This document shows, one piece after another, positions 1-9,817 of a stretch of 64,000 nt of DNA; the stretch's first letter is position 1; each line of letters starts with the position of its first letter. Made by a program: the position numbers and the translations under genes. The notes beneath the pieces are model-generated. The model made no database searches. It saw only the letters and a program-made list of their open reading frames with translations, and had not been told where the DNA came from. This DNA is from Vulcanimicrobiota bacterium (GTDB taxonomy: Bacteria > Vulcanimicrobiota > Xenobia > Xenobiales > JADMJV01): positions 529,902-593,901 of the forward strand of contig JBFWNU010000006.1 in assembly GCA_050250895.1 (NCBI GenBank), in the 5' to 3' direction.

Positions 1-765
1 CAGTCGGGTGATGAGTTCATGGGTTTCTTGCAGACCCAGGAGTTCGGGACAGGCCGTGGCCACAATCGCTTTGAGGTGGGTCATCAGCACGGCCAGCGGG
101 CCCAGCACCAGGCAGCCCGATTGTTCAGCCTGGTCGCGCAACTCGGGCTCGATCCACTTGGCCCGCATGCGATGGACCGGGTCGGTGGTGGCCCAACCCT
201 CGAGGCGGTCGAGCTGCTCGTGGCCACCCAGTGCCATCAGTCGATCGAGGAACACTTCACCCGCGGCGGCGGCAGCGTCTTTGATGCGAACCACATACTG
301 GTTGGGGTCGAGCTGAAGGTTATCTAGCACCCGAATGGGAGGGGTAACGATGCCCAACTCGCGAGCTACGTCTTCGCGCACACTCTCGAGCTTGCCCATC
401 AAAGGACAACCGTGCTGGGGATCGGCCACCGGCAGCAGCGAGCGGCCCAATTCGAGCGCCAGAGGATCCTGATAAACATAGGGGTCGGTACCCGGCTCGG
501 CTCGGCCGTCGAAGCTCAGTTGCAGCTCGCCCTCGACGTTCCAGCCCTCGTTGACCAGGCGCATCAGGCCCTGCTGGACCTCGGCTTTGAGACCGTAGTG
601 GGTGCCCACGAAGAGATAGCAGACATCCTCGTCGCCGCGGGTGAGCTTGATATAGATCTGGCGACCCTTCTCGTTTCGCTTCCACGGGGCGAACGGTTCG
701 TAGAGATCGCCGATGCGCAGCACCTGCAGGCTCTCCTGCATCTCCTCCGGCTTGTTTCTGGCCAT
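1..765 (-). CDS. FHIPEP-family (FlhA/SctV cytoplasmic domain-like) protein, partial (runs off the left edge)
   Basis: Not in the ORF track (no stop in window). Manual translation from ATG 765: MARNKPEEMQ...DPLALELGRSLLPVADPQHGCPLMGKLESVREDVARELGIVTPPIRVLDNLQLDPNQYVVRIKD...VLMTHLKAIVATACPELLGLQETHELITRL, matching FlhA C-domain motifs; no TM domain. Confidence 0.85.
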   Translation of the reverse strand, partial: MARNKPEEMQESLQVLRIGDLYEPFAPWKRNEKGRQIYIKLTRGDEDVCYLFVGTHYGLKAEVQQGLMRLVNEGWNVEGELQLSFDGRAEPGTDPYVYQDPLALELGRSLLPVADPQHGCPLMGKLESVREDVARELGIVTPPIRVLDNLQLDPNQYVVRIKDAAAAAGEVFLDRLMALGGHEQLDRLEGWATTDPVHRMRAKWIEPELRDQAEQSGCLVLGPLAVLMTHLKAIVATACPELLGLQETHELITRL

Positions 766-767
766 CG

Positions 768-1289
768 CTACCCTTTCTGTTCCTCGGCCGGCTGCTCGGT
801 GGGCTCCTCGGCCGGCTCGAACTCCAGGGGCTTCTGATTATCGACCCACTGCACCTTACCATCCATCTGGCTCAATTCGAGTCCGAACTCTTTGGTGAAC
901 CAGGCGGCCAGTTCAGGGTTGTCGAGGGTCTTGACCGGGCCGCTGACCCACACGATGGAACTCTTCTTGCTCATCAGCTCTTCAGGAGTCACGCCGTTAC
1001 CGGCGCGCACCAACACACCCTTGTCAGGAGTCGAAGTCGAGATGAGCACGAAAAAGCCCGAACTGTTAAGCTCGGGAGAGTTGATATGGGCGGCCAGTTC
1101 TCCCGAACAAGAGAGTAAAGCCGTGCCACTCATCTCTTCGACCTGCTCGGGAAGTTGGCGATGATCGTAGCCCTGGTCCTTGACCACGGCAGCCGGCGTG
1201 GGCGTGGCCGCCGGGGGCGTGGGGTTGGTGCAGCCCACCATCGTGAGACCGGCCAGAAGTAACGTGAATAATGGAGTCCATCTCGACAT
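768..1289 (-). CDS. putative lipoprotein
   Basis: MSRWTPLFTLLLAGLTMVGC: signal peptide with lipobox-like Cys; stop lies 2 bp before the FHIPEP gene start. Confidence 0.7.
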   Translation of the reverse strand: MSRWTPLFTLLLAGLTMVGCTNPTPPAATPTPAAVVKDQGYDHRQLPEQVEEMSGTALLSCSGELAAHINSPELNSSGFFVLISTSTPDKGVLVRAGNGVTPEELMSKKSSIVWVSGPVKTLDNPELAAWFTKEFGLELSQMDGKVQWVDNQKPLEFEPAEEPTEQPAEEQKG

Positions 1290-1374
1290 AGAGGCCCAGT
1301 TAAACCCACCCCCGGACGAATCCTTTCGAGCCCCGGTGAGAGGTCGGTTTACCGCTGTGCCGAAGGTGGATGTC

Positions 1375-2769
1375 GTGGCCGATTTCTTGACTCTCGAGGA
1401 AGCCGCCGAGCAACTCGGCATCGACGACACCACCCTGCGGCGCTGGATCAAAAGGGGCAAGGCGCTGGCCTCGCGCCGAGCGGGCACCTATTTGCTGCGC
1501 GCCACCGAAGTGGATCGTTTGCGCACGGTTGCCCCCGAAGACGAGAGCGAACCGATGTTGTCGATTCCGCGAGCCGTCAAGCCCAGTCGACCCAAAGCCG
1601 GGGCCGACGAGTTGCTGGCCCAGATGCAAGAGCGCTTGCAACGCCTCGAAGAGATGCAGACCCAGGCCCCCGCGCCCGACCGCAGCGCGGCCCTGGAAGA
1701 ACGAATCACCGATCTCACCGAAGAGTTGCGAGCCCGCGATCAGGCTATCGATGAACTCGAGGCCAGGCTCGACTCCAAAGATGACGAGAAGGCGGTGGCC
1801 GCAGCGGTCGAGGCCGCCACCGCCCCCCTTCAAGAGCGGCTTGCCGGCCTCGAGAACGAACTGAAAACCAGTCGCCTGGAGCTGGCTGAGTACCGCTCCA
1901 AACTCGATCGCCTGGAAAGCGAGAAGGCCGAGTTGGCGGGGCAGAGCCGGGCTCTCAAGAGCGAGCTCGCGAAGACTTCCACCGAGAACCTGGAACTCGA
2001 CCGGGTCCGTTCGCGGGCCGAGGCGTTATTGCTCGAGAAGGAAGAGCTACTCGAGCGAGTGCGGGCGCTCGAGGCCAGCCCCCCGGTAGACCACGAGAGG
2101 ACTCACGAACTCGAACGGCAATTGGCCGATCAGGTGCTGCTGGCCGGACGGCTCGAGCGTGAACGCGACGAACTGCGCGACCGAGCCGGACGACTGGTCC
2201 GCGATTTGGCCGCCCGCACCCGCGACAGCCAGGACCTGGATCACCTGGCCGACCGTTATGACGAACTGGTGGTTCACACTAATAAGGTCGAGCATCAGTT
2301 AGAACAGGCCCTGGACCGATTGTCGGCCATCGAGCGAGAGTTTGCCTCGAGCAGCGACGCGTTCGAGACCCGCGAAGCTCAGCTCGAACTCGAGAATCGC
2401 CGCTTGAAAGAGAAGCTCAACGACCTGCAATACAAGCTCGAACTGGGGGGCGGGTCGCGCCAGTCCGAGGATGCCCGCGAGCTCCTTGGACAGATGGCCG
2501 CCCTCGAAGAACAAATGGCGGAAAAAGATGCCTTGATTCAAGGCGAGTATCGCGAGAAGGCCGCTCTCATCGACCGCTGCGAACACCTCGAGCGAGAGTT
2601 TTATGACCTGCAACAACGGTATGACAAAGAGAAATCCGAGTGGTCCGAGATCCTGGCCCGCGAGATCCAGAACCGAGATCGGCTGATCCAGCAGTCTTAT
2701 GACCCGACTCCCAAGGGGCAACAACGCGGAGGCTGGGGGCTGTTTCGCCCCAAGAATGACACCCGATGA
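1375..2769 (+). CDS. excisionase/MerR-like HTH protein with long coiled coil
   Basis: FLTLEEAAEQLGIDDTTLRRWIKRG HTH; ~350 aa E/L/R-rich heptads; C-terminal GGWGLFRPK; GTG start inferred. Confidence 0.75.
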   Translation: MADFLTLEEAAEQLGIDDTTLRRWIKRGKALASRRAGTYLLRATEVDRLRTVAPEDESEPMLSIPRAVKPSRPKAGADELLAQMQERLQRLEEMQTQAPAPDRSAALEERITDLTEELRARDQAIDELEARLDSKDDEKAVAAAVEAATAPLQERLAGLENELKTSRLELAEYRSKLDRLESEKAELAGQSRALKSELAKTSTENLELDRVRSRAEALLLEKEELLERVRALEASPPVDHERTHELERQLADQVLLAGRLERERDELRDRAGRLVRDLAARTRDSQDLDHLADRYDELVVHTNKVEHQLEQALDRLSAIEREFASSSDAFETREAQLELENRRLKEKLNDLQYKLELGGGSRQSEDARELLGQMAALEEQMAEKDALIQGEYREKAALIDRCEHLEREFYDLQQRYDKEKSEWSEILAREIQNRDRLIQQSYDPTPKGQQRGGWGLFRPKNDTR

Positions 2770-3122
2770 AGCACTGGTTGACGGTAGGAGCCATTCTGGG
2801 GGGTCTATCGGTCCTGCTGGGCGCCTTCGGCGCGCATGCCCTCAAAGAGGTCCTCTCGCCTGAGAGGCTGGTCACCTTCGAGACGGCGGTCCGCTATCAG
2901 TTCTATCATGCCCTGGCTCTGCTGGCGGTGGGCCAGTTCGCCGCCGACAATCTCTGGGCTGCAAGGGCAGGCGGGCTGTTTGCCGTGGGCGTAGCCCTGT
3001 TCTCCGGCTCGCTCTATCTGCTCTGCGCCACCGGAATCACCATCCTGGGCGCCATTACCCCCTTCGGGGGGTTATCATTTATGGCAGGCTGGGTCTGCCT
3101 GGCTGTGGCCAGTCGTCGATGA
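2766..3122 (+). CDS. DUF423 (YgdD/TMEM256) membrane protein
   Basis: LGAFGAHAL, FETAVRYQFYHALALL, FSGSLYLL, GAITPFGG motifs. Confidence 0.9.
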   Translation: MKHWLTVGAILGGLSVLLGAFGAHALKEVLSPERLVTFETAVRYQFYHALALLAVGQFAADNLWAARAGGLFAVGVALFSGSLYLLCATGITILGAITPFGGLSFMAGWVCLAVASRR

Positions 3123-3889
3123 GAGAGTGGATCTATGCCAACCATCGTCTGGCTTTCTGGCTGGGCACGACAGCGGTGGCGCTGGGATTGTGCCTATTTC
3201 GAGGGCCGACCGAGGGGTTGGGGGTGCTGCTGGCGGGCCTCTTGATCGAGCCGATGCTCATTCCCCAGGGACGGCTCTGGGGGCCGGTGCAGACCCACTT
3301 GCCCGACGACTCTACGGTGGCCCTGACCTTTGACGATGGCCCCTCGGAACACACCGAAGAATTGCTAGATATCCTGGCCGCGCTCGAGGTCAAAGCCACC
3401 TTCTTCGTAATTGGAAGCCAGGTTCAGAAGTTTCCGGACACCGCCCGCCGCATCGCCGCCGAGGGCCACGGGCTGGGCAATCATACCCAGAACCATCCCA
3501 ACTTGTTGCTGACGTCGTCGGCAAGAACGATGGCCGAGATCGAGACGGCCAACCGGGTCATCCAACAAGTCACCGGGATCACTCCCCGGCTCTTTCGACC
3601 GCCTTATGGATACCGCACGCCGCTGGTCCATCGCGCCGTGCGCAGGCTCGGTCAGCGAATGATCACGTGGTCCGTCAACCCGCGCGACTTTCTCGACCCC
3701 GGGCTGACCACCCTGATCACCAGGGTGCTGCAAGAGGTGGGTCCCGGCGACATCGTCTTGCTGCATGACGGCAGGGCCAACCGGGCTGACACGGTGGCCG
3801 CCGTGCCGATTCTGGTCCGGGCCCTTCGCCAACGAGGGCTAGAACCGGTGCCGCTCGAGGGCGCGAACGTGGGTTTGGAAGGAAGCTGA
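3119..3889 (+). CDS. polysaccharide deacetylase (CE4/NodB)
   Basis: ALTFDDGP, GNHTQNHP, FRPPYG, IVLLHDG motifs; N-terminal TM segments. Confidence 0.92.
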   Translation: MREWIYANHRLAFWLGTTAVALGLCLFRGPTEGLGVLLAGLLIEPMLIPQGRLWGPVQTHLPDDSTVALTFDDGPSEHTEELLDILAALEVKATFFVIGSQVQKFPDTARRIAAEGHGLGNHTQNHPNLLLTSSARTMAEIETANRVIQQVTGITPRLFRPPYGYRTPLVHRAVRRLGQRMITWSVNPRDFLDPGLTTLITRVLQEVGPGDIVLLHDGRANRADTVAAVPILVRALRQRGLEPVPLEGANVGLEGS

Positions 3890-3912
3890 CCTCGGCTCCC
3901 TAACCTGTCTCG

Positions 3913-5733
3913 ATGCCAAGAGTCAGGGTTCTCGATAAAAGCGTGGCCGAACGGATCGCCGCTGGCGAGGTGGTCGAGCGACCCGCCTCGGTGGTCAAAG
4001 AACTGGTCGAGAATTCGCTCGACGCCGGTGCTTCGAAGGTGACCGTCGAACTCCACGCGGGCGGCATTCATCGCCTGCGGGTGATCGACGACGGGTTCGG
4101 CATGAGCCGCGATGACGCCAACCTGGCCCTGCAACGGTTTGCCACCAGCAAGATTCGCGAGTGGGAAGACCTGGATTCACTCGATTCGCTCGGTTTTCGC
4201 GGCGAGGCGCTGCCCAGCATCGCAGCCGTGTCTCGCCTCGAGATCGTCACTAGCGAACCGCAAGCGGAGTTCGGCTGTCGTCTCGAGGTCGATGGGGGAG
4301 AGGTGGTGGCCGACACCGATGTGGCCCCGGTCGGGGGCACCCGCATTACCGTGAGCGACCTCTATTACAACACCCCCGCTCGGCGCAAATTCTTGCGCAG
4401 TCCAGCGGCCGAGACCTCGCAAACGGTCGATCTGATTTCTCGTCTGGGGGTGACCCGGCCCGAAGTGCAGTTCTCGGTCTTATCCAACGGCCGTGAACTC
4501 TTGATGTTCGCCCAGGGAATGGCCTTGCGTGATCGGCTGGCCACCATCTGGAAGATCCCCCGCGAAGCGCTGGTCGATGTGGCCGGCATGGTCGAAGGGG
4601 TGACAGTGGTGGGTCTGGCGGCTCTACCCGAACACACGCGGGGGAACCGCACCGGTCAGATTTTCACTGTCAATGGACGTCTCATCAAGTCGGCCATGTT
4701 GAGCCAGGCCGTGCTCGAGGGCTATAGCCCGATGGTCCCTCGGGGGCGGTTTCCGCTGGTGCTGCTCAACCTGGTGCTCGATCCCGGAGCCATCGACGTC
4801 AACGTTCATCCCACCAAAGCCGAAGTGCGTTTCGCCAATCAGCGCAGCCCCTTTCGGGCGGTGCACCGCACTCTGGCCGCGGCCCTGGAAGAGGCCGAGG
4901 CCGAGACCGTGTTGCCCCGCCATCTCGAAGCCGTGCTCGAGCTGCCTCCCGAACCGGCGCGCGCCCCCTGGAATGAAGAGGCGCGGCCCGCTCCCGAGCC
5001 GGTGGCTGCGGCCGTCTCGTGGTCGCGACCCAGCCCCCCACCGCGCTCGCCGGGAACCGACCGGGTGCTCGAGCTCTATCGGCCCTTGCCCGAGCCCGAC
5101 CTGGCCCAGGCGAACGCTCCCGAGCCGCAGACCAGGCTTGAATTCGAGTTCCAGGACGAGATCGAGGTGTTGGCCCAGATCCATAACAGCTACATCGTGG
5201 CTCTGGTCGACGGCGAACTGTGGGTGATCGATCAGCACGCCGCTCACGAGCGCATTCATTATGAGCGATTGGCCCATCTGGCCGTGGTAGGCGGCGGGGC
5301 CCAGGGCTTCGTGGTCCCCGAAGTGGTCGAGTTTTCCCCGGCCGTGAGCGCGTTTCTGCAGGGCCATCTCGACGACTTTGCCAGTCTCGGCTTTGAAGCC
5401 GAGCCATTCGGCGGCACCGCCTTCCAGTTGCGGACCGTGCCGCCGGGCCTCAAGCCCAAGCTCGGGGTCGAGGTCTTTTCGTCGGTGGTGGAAGAGGCGG
5501 CCGAAGGCTCGGTGGCCGTACGCAGCGCCACCCAGGAGGTGTTGCGCGAAAAGCTGCGGGCCATGGTTGCCTGTAAAAGCTCGATCCGAGCCCGCGAGCG
5601 CCTGACCCGCCCCGAGATGCACCAGTTGATCGTCGACCTGCTCAAAGCCGAGCGGTCCCCCTATTGCCCCCACGGACGGCCCACCCGCGTGCGCCTGGAC
5701 CTGCGGGCGCTCGAGCGGCTATTCCACCGGTGA
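3913..5733 (+). CDS. mutL: DNA mismatch repair endonuclease MutL
   Basis: IAAGEVVERPASVVKELVENSLDAGA, GFRGEAL, DQHAAHERI, CPHGRP. Confidence 0.97.
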   Translation: MPRVRVLDKSVAERIAAGEVVERPASVVKELVENSLDAGASKVTVELHAGGIHRLRVIDDGFGMSRDDANLALQRFATSKIREWEDLDSLDSLGFRGEALPSIAAVSRLEIVTSEPQAEFGCRLEVDGGEVVADTDVAPVGGTRITVSDLYYNTPARRKFLRSPAAETSQTVDLISRLGVTRPEVQFSVLSNGRELLMFAQGMALRDRLATIWKIPREALVDVAGMVEGVTVVGLAALPEHTRGNRTGQIFTVNGRLIKSAMLSQAVLEGYSPMVPRGRFPLVLLNLVLDPGAIDVNVHPTKAEVRFANQRSPFRAVHRTLAAALEEAEAETVLPRHLEAVLELPPEPARAPWNEEARPAPEPVAAAVSWSRPSPPPRSPGTDRVLELYRPLPEPDLAQANAPEPQTRLEFEFQDEIEVLAQIHNSYIVALVDGELWVIDQHAAHERIHYERLAHLAVVGGGAQGFVVPEVVEFSPAVSAFLQGHLDDFASLGFEAEPFGGTAFQLRTVPPGLKPKLGVEVFSSVVEEAAEGSVAVRSATQEVLREKLRAMVACKSSIRARERLTRPEMHQLIVDLLKAERSPYCPHGRPTRVRLDLRALERLFHR

Positions 5734-6632
5734 AAAGGGTAGTGGCCGTAACCGGTCCTACCGCCTCGGGCAAGACGGCCCTCTCCCTGGCCCTGGCCGA
5801 ACATTTTCAGGCCGAAATCATCAGTGTCGATTCGGCCCTGGTCTATCGTGGTTTAGACATCGCCACGGCTAAGCCAACCCCGGCAGAGCTGGCCAGGGTG
5901 CGCCATCACCTGGTCGACCTGGTCGAGGTCGACCACCAGTTCAGTTTGGCCGACTTCCAGGCACGGGCCCGTCAGGCCATCGACGACATCCATGGGCGGG
6001 GACGCCTGCCTCTGCTGGTGGGCGGTACCGGCCTCTACCTGCGGGCCCTGACCGAAGGCTACACCCTGCCCGACGCACCACCCGACGAGCGGCTGCGGGC
6101 TAGACTGTCTGAGCGGAGCCTGGCCGAGAACCTGGCCGAACTCGAGCGGCTCGACCCTCAGGCGTTCGGCTTCATCGACCAGCGAAACCCCCGCCGCGTG
6201 GTGCGCGCGCTGGAAGTCTGCAGATTGACGGGCCGCCCCTTCTCGAGCTTCTATCGCCGCCACGACCCCGGTTTCGTGTCGCTCAAGCTGGGGCTGGCCT
6301 GGCCGTTCGAGCAATTGCGCCCCAGAATTCGCCAAAGAGTCGAAGAAATGGTGTCCGCCGGCCTGGTAGAGGAGGTGCGAACACTGTTCGAGAATGGATA
6401 CGCCCCGCATCTGCGAAGGCTCCGTATCATCGGATACACCGAGGTTCTAGATGCACTTGAGGGCAACTGCTCGCTGGCCGAGGCGATCGAGCAGATCGTA
6501 AGCAACACGGGGCGTCTGGCTAAGCGTCAGATGACCTGGTTGCGCAAAGAAGAGGGAGTGTGCTGGCTGGAGCCTAACCAACGTCTGCGGGACGAGGCTG
6601 TCCGTCTGGTCCAGAATTTTCTGGCCGCCTAG
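5730..6632 (+). CDS. miaA: tRNA dimethylallyltransferase
   Basis: GPTASGKT, IISVDS, GGTGLY, AKRQMTW; GTG overlaps the mutL stop. Confidence 0.96.
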   Translation: MKRVVAVTGPTASGKTALSLALAEHFQAEIISVDSALVYRGLDIATAKPTPAELARVRHHLVDLVEVDHQFSLADFQARARQAIDDIHGRGRLPLLVGGTGLYLRALTEGYTLPDAPPDERLRARLSERSLAENLAELERLDPQAFGFIDQRNPRRVVRALEVCRLTGRPFSSFYRRHDPGFVSLKLGLAWPFEQLRPRIRQRVEEMVSAGLVEEVRTLFENGYAPHLRRLRIIGYTEVLDALEGNCSLAEAIEQIVSNTGRLAKRQMTWLRKEEGVCWLEPNQRLRDEAVRLVQNFLAA

Positions 6633-6662
6633 CGGGCCTCAGCGAGAGAGGGAGAAAAAAAG

Positions 6663-6932
6663 ATGAATCTGAATTTGCAAGACGCCTTTCTTGCCCAACT
6701 AAAGAAAGAGGGCAATGTCGTAGCAGTCTTTTTGTCCAAGGGGGTCCAACTCAAAGGGGTCATCCGCGGCTTTGACAACTTCACCATTTTTCTAGAGGAC
6801 CACGAAGGTCGGCTCCAGATGGTGTACAAACACTCTGTGACCACCGTCAGCCCGACCCGTGACACCAGTGACGGCTTCCTGCGCGAAGCCTTTAAAGATT
6901 CGGCGGACAAGAAGAACTCTGTAGCCCGTTGA
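6663..6932 (+). CDS. hfq: RNA chaperone Hfq
   Basis: NLQDAFL, VFLSKGVQLKG, FDNFTI, MVYKHSVTT; follows miaA. Confidence 0.93.
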   Translation: MNLNLQDAFLAQLKKEGNVVAVFLSKGVQLKGVIRGFDNFTIFLEDHEGRLQMVYKHSVTTVSPTRDTSDGFLREAFKDSADKKNSVAR

Positions 6933-7765
6933 GCCCTCTCTCCTTTTCCAAGTGGGAGGGGCTGGGCAACGACTTCATCGTCCTGGATGCCCGCGATGAC
7001 CGCCCCGAGGAGCCGGGCGAACTGGCCGAAACCATCTGCGACCGCCATTTTGGGGCTGGAGCAGATGGATTGATCCTGCTGACCCGGGGGCAAGACGCCG
7101 ACCTGGGCATGGAGATCTACAACTCCGACGGCTCGCCTGCTTCGATGTGCGGCAACGCGATCCGCTGCCTGGCCGCCATGGCTCATCGTCACGGCCTGGT
7201 GACTGCCAAGAGCGGCGAGATCGTCTTCTCGACCCCCAGCGGACTTCGCTCAACTCGTCTGTTGGGCGCTTCACCCTGGTGGGTCGAAGTCGACATGGGT
7301 AGACCCAGCGCCTGGGGCGAAGGAGCCGGTGAACTCTCTCCGGTCAACGAAATCGAGCTCGAACTGGGTGACCAGAGGGTGCCTGCCTTCCTGGTCTCGA
7401 TGGGCAATCCCCACTGTGTGGTTCTGGCCCCGAATCTCGGCGAGAGCTGGCTGTCCTGGGGCAAGCACCTCGAGAAGACCATGAATGGCGACGAAGGCAC
7501 CAACGTCGAATTTGTCGAGGTATACGACACCGACAACCTGGGAGTCAAGGTGTGGGAGCGAGGGGCCGGCGCCACCCTGGCCTGCGGCACCGGGGCCTGC
7601 GCCGCGCTGGTGGCTATGGCCAGTATCGGAAAGTGCCATCGGGCCGCCCAGGTGAGCTTACCCGGGGGGGCGCTTCAGGTCGAGTGGACGCGTGAGGGCC
7701 GGGTGCTCATGCGGGGACCGGCCCGCGAGCTGTATCGTGGAGAATGGAGTCCCGACCCCAATTGA
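6929..7765 (+). CDS. dapF: diaminopimelate epimerase
   Basis: GLGNDF, NSDGS..MCGNAIRC, SMGNPH, ERGAGATLACGTGACA. Confidence 0.96.
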   Translation: MSPLSFSKWEGLGNDFIVLDARDDRPEEPGELAETICDRHFGAGADGLILLTRGQDADLGMEIYNSDGSPASMCGNAIRCLAAMAHRHGLVTAKSGEIVFSTPSGLRSTRLLGASPWWVEVDMGRPSAWGEGAGELSPVNEIELELGDQRVPAFLVSMGNPHCVVLAPNLGESWLSWGKHLEKTMNGDEGTNVEFVEVYDTDNLGVKVWERGAGATLACGTGACAALVAMASIGKCHRAAQVSLPGGALQVEWTREGRVLMRGPARELYRGEWSPDPN

Positions 7766-8865
7766 ATCGTTGTCCTAACTTGATAAGGCGTCTGGCCGAA
7801 CAGGGGCTGGGCGCCATGCTGATCACCAGTGAGCACAATCGACGTTATCTGTCCGGGTTTTCCGGCTCTAACGGTTGGCTGGTGGTGAGCCCCGACCACC
7901 GCTTGCTGATCACCGACGGACGCTACTGGACCCAGGTGGGCGACCAGGCTCCCGAGTGGGAGCTCTTTCGCTTCACCAGCGAGGCCCACCAACGCTTGAG
8001 CCTGGCCCTGGCCCAGTGGCTCAAGGAGCATCCCCTCGAGGGGCCGATCGGTTATGAGGCCGATCATCTCACCTGTCTCGAGTTCAGTAGACTCGAGACC
8101 GATCTGGCCGGTTGTGAACTCAAGGCCGTCTCGGGAGTGGTCGAGGGGTTGCGAGCCGTCAAAGATCAGCTCGAACTCGAAGCCATGAGAGCCACGGCGG
8201 CGGCCGCCGACCGCGCTTTCGCCACCGCCCTGCAGACGTTTCAAGTTGGGGTGCGCGAACGCGATTTTTGTGCCGAGCTGGAATACCAGATGCAACGCGA
8301 GGGGGCCCGCAAGCCATCCTTCGACAGTATCGTGGCCTCCGGCCCCAACGGGGCGTATCCCCACGCCGGGGTGACCGACCGGGTGATCGGTCCGGGAGAA
8401 CTGGTGACCGTCGACTTCGGAGCTTATCTCGACGGCTACGCTTCCGATATCACTCGCACTATCTGGGTGGGCGAGCCCGACGACTTGTCGCGTCGGGTTT
8501 ATGCGGTGGTGCGCCAGGCCCAGCGGCTAGCGCTCGAGGGGGTGCGGGCCGGTCGAACGGCCGCCGAACTCGACCAATTGGCCCGCGGCTACATCGAAAA
8601 GGAAGGCTTCGGCGAGGCTTTCATGCACAGTCTCGGCCACGGTATCGGGCTGGCCGTCCACGAGAGCCCCACCTTGCGCTCCACCGTCGACACTGTGCTC
8701 GAAGAGGGAATGGTGGTCACCATCGAACCCGGTGTCTATCTGGCCGGAAAGACAGGCTGTCGGGTCGAAGACACGGTCGAGATCACGGCCGATGGGTGCC
8801 GTTTCGTGACCGGTTCACCCTATCAAGAATTAGGTCAGCTTCACCCGCTCGAGGCATTTACCTAG
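7762..8865 (+). CDS. Xaa-Pro peptidase (M24 family)
   Basis: TDGRY, DFGA..GYASDITRT, HSLGHGIGLAVHE, TIEPGVY, RVEDT. Confidence 0.93.
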   Translation: MNRCPNLIRRLAEQGLGAMLITSEHNRRYLSGFSGSNGWLVVSPDHRLLITDGRYWTQVGDQAPEWELFRFTSEAHQRLSLALAQWLKEHPLEGPIGYEADHLTCLEFSRLETDLAGCELKAVSGVVEGLRAVKDQLELEAMRATAAAADRAFATALQTFQVGVRERDFCAELEYQMQREGARKPSFDSIVASGPNGAYPHAGVTDRVIGPGELVTVDFGAYLDGYASDITRTIWVGEPDDLSRRVYAVVRQAQRLALEGVRAGRTAAELDQLARGYIEKEGFGEAFMHSLGHGIGLAVHESPTLRSTVDTVLEEGMVVTIEPGVYLAGKTGCRVEDTVEITADGCRFVTGSPYQELGQLHPLEAFT

Positions 8866-8879
8866 AGCCTCAGAACGCG

Positions 8880-9197
8880 TCAGTGATCCCTGGGCTGGAT
8901 TTCGACCCGTCCTTCGAGCAACCGACTGGGGTAGGTGCTGAGGCACTCGCCGGGCATGTCGAGGCATTCTCCGGTGGTGAGGTCGAACTCCCAACCGTGC
9001 CAGGGACACCCCAGGGTCGTGCCCATAAGATAGCCGTCTCCTAGAGGGCCGCCTTGATGCAGGCATTCATTCTCACAGACGTAGGTCTGTCCGTCGACCA
9101 AACACACCGCATAAGCCTTGCCAGCGGGGTCGTGGGCTACACAGGGCCGACCTTCTGTGAGGGGATCGACCAGCTTGAGTTCGATCCAGTCGTTCAA
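8880..9197 (-). CDS. Rieske [2Fe-2S] ferredoxin
   Basis: CLHQGGPL and CPWHGWEF ligand motifs. Confidence 0.9.
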   Translation of the reverse strand: MNDWIELKLVDPLTEGRPCVAHDPAGKAYAVCLVDGQTYVCENECLHQGGPLGDGYLMGTTLGCPWHGWEFDLTTGECLDMPGECLSTYPSRLLEGRVEIQPRDH

Positions 9198-9817
9198 AGC
9201 AGCCTGAGCCTTTCCAGGTCTTTGCGTAACGCCTCGTAGCTTACGAACAGGTGGGTCTTCCAGCCGGCTCGGCGCGCGGCCTCGATGTTCTGCTCCAGGT
9301 CGTCAATCAGCAAGCACCGTTTGCCTTGCATACCCACCTTCTGCATGGCCAGTTCGAAAAAGGCCGGGTCCGGCTTGCGCAGCCCGTGCTCAAATGACAG
9401 GATGAGCGGATGGAAAGGCTCGTAGGCTCCCACCTCTTTCAGTTCGGCGGCGTGGTCGGCAATGGTGTTGCTCAGAGCCCCCACCACCAGATGCTTGCGG
9501 GCCAGCGTCCAGGACAGGTGCAGGACGTGAAGGTCCAGCCGCAGCGAAGCTTTCAGAATATCTCGCCACAGCCAGCGATACTTCTCTTTCTCGACGGGCG
9601 TACCCAGCCCCCGGGCCCAAAGGCGTTCGCCCACCACCCGCCAAAAGCCCAGGGAATCGATATTTCCGGTTTCGAGTTCGGGAATCAACGGTCCGGCCAC
9701 CTCGACTACCGCCTCGGGTCCGCAGCCGAAAAGGGAGCCGGCCACTTCGGTATAGCGGTGAAGATCGGCGTGGACCAGGACGCCCCCGATATCAAAGAAG
9801 ACCGCATCGATACTCAC
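9194..9817 (-). CDS. HAD-family phosphatase
   Basis: FFDIGGVL, LSNT, KPDP, IDD motifs. Confidence 0.9.
   Translation of the reverse strand: MSIDAVFFDIGGVLVHADLHRYTEVAGSLFGCGPEAVVEVAGPLIPELETGNIDSLGFWRVVGERLWARGLGTPVEKEKYRWLWRDILKASLRLDLHVLHLSWTLARKHLVVGALSNTIADHAAELKEVGAYEPFHPLILSFEHGLRKPDPAFFELAMQKVGMQGKRCLLIDDLEQNIEAARRAGWKTHLFVSYEALRKDLERLRLL

Noticed and set aside
320-862. 180-aa minus-strand ORF and the short plus-strand ORFs at the left edge
   Set aside because: The real gene is the FHIPEP-like ORF in another minus frame (765 to the edge)
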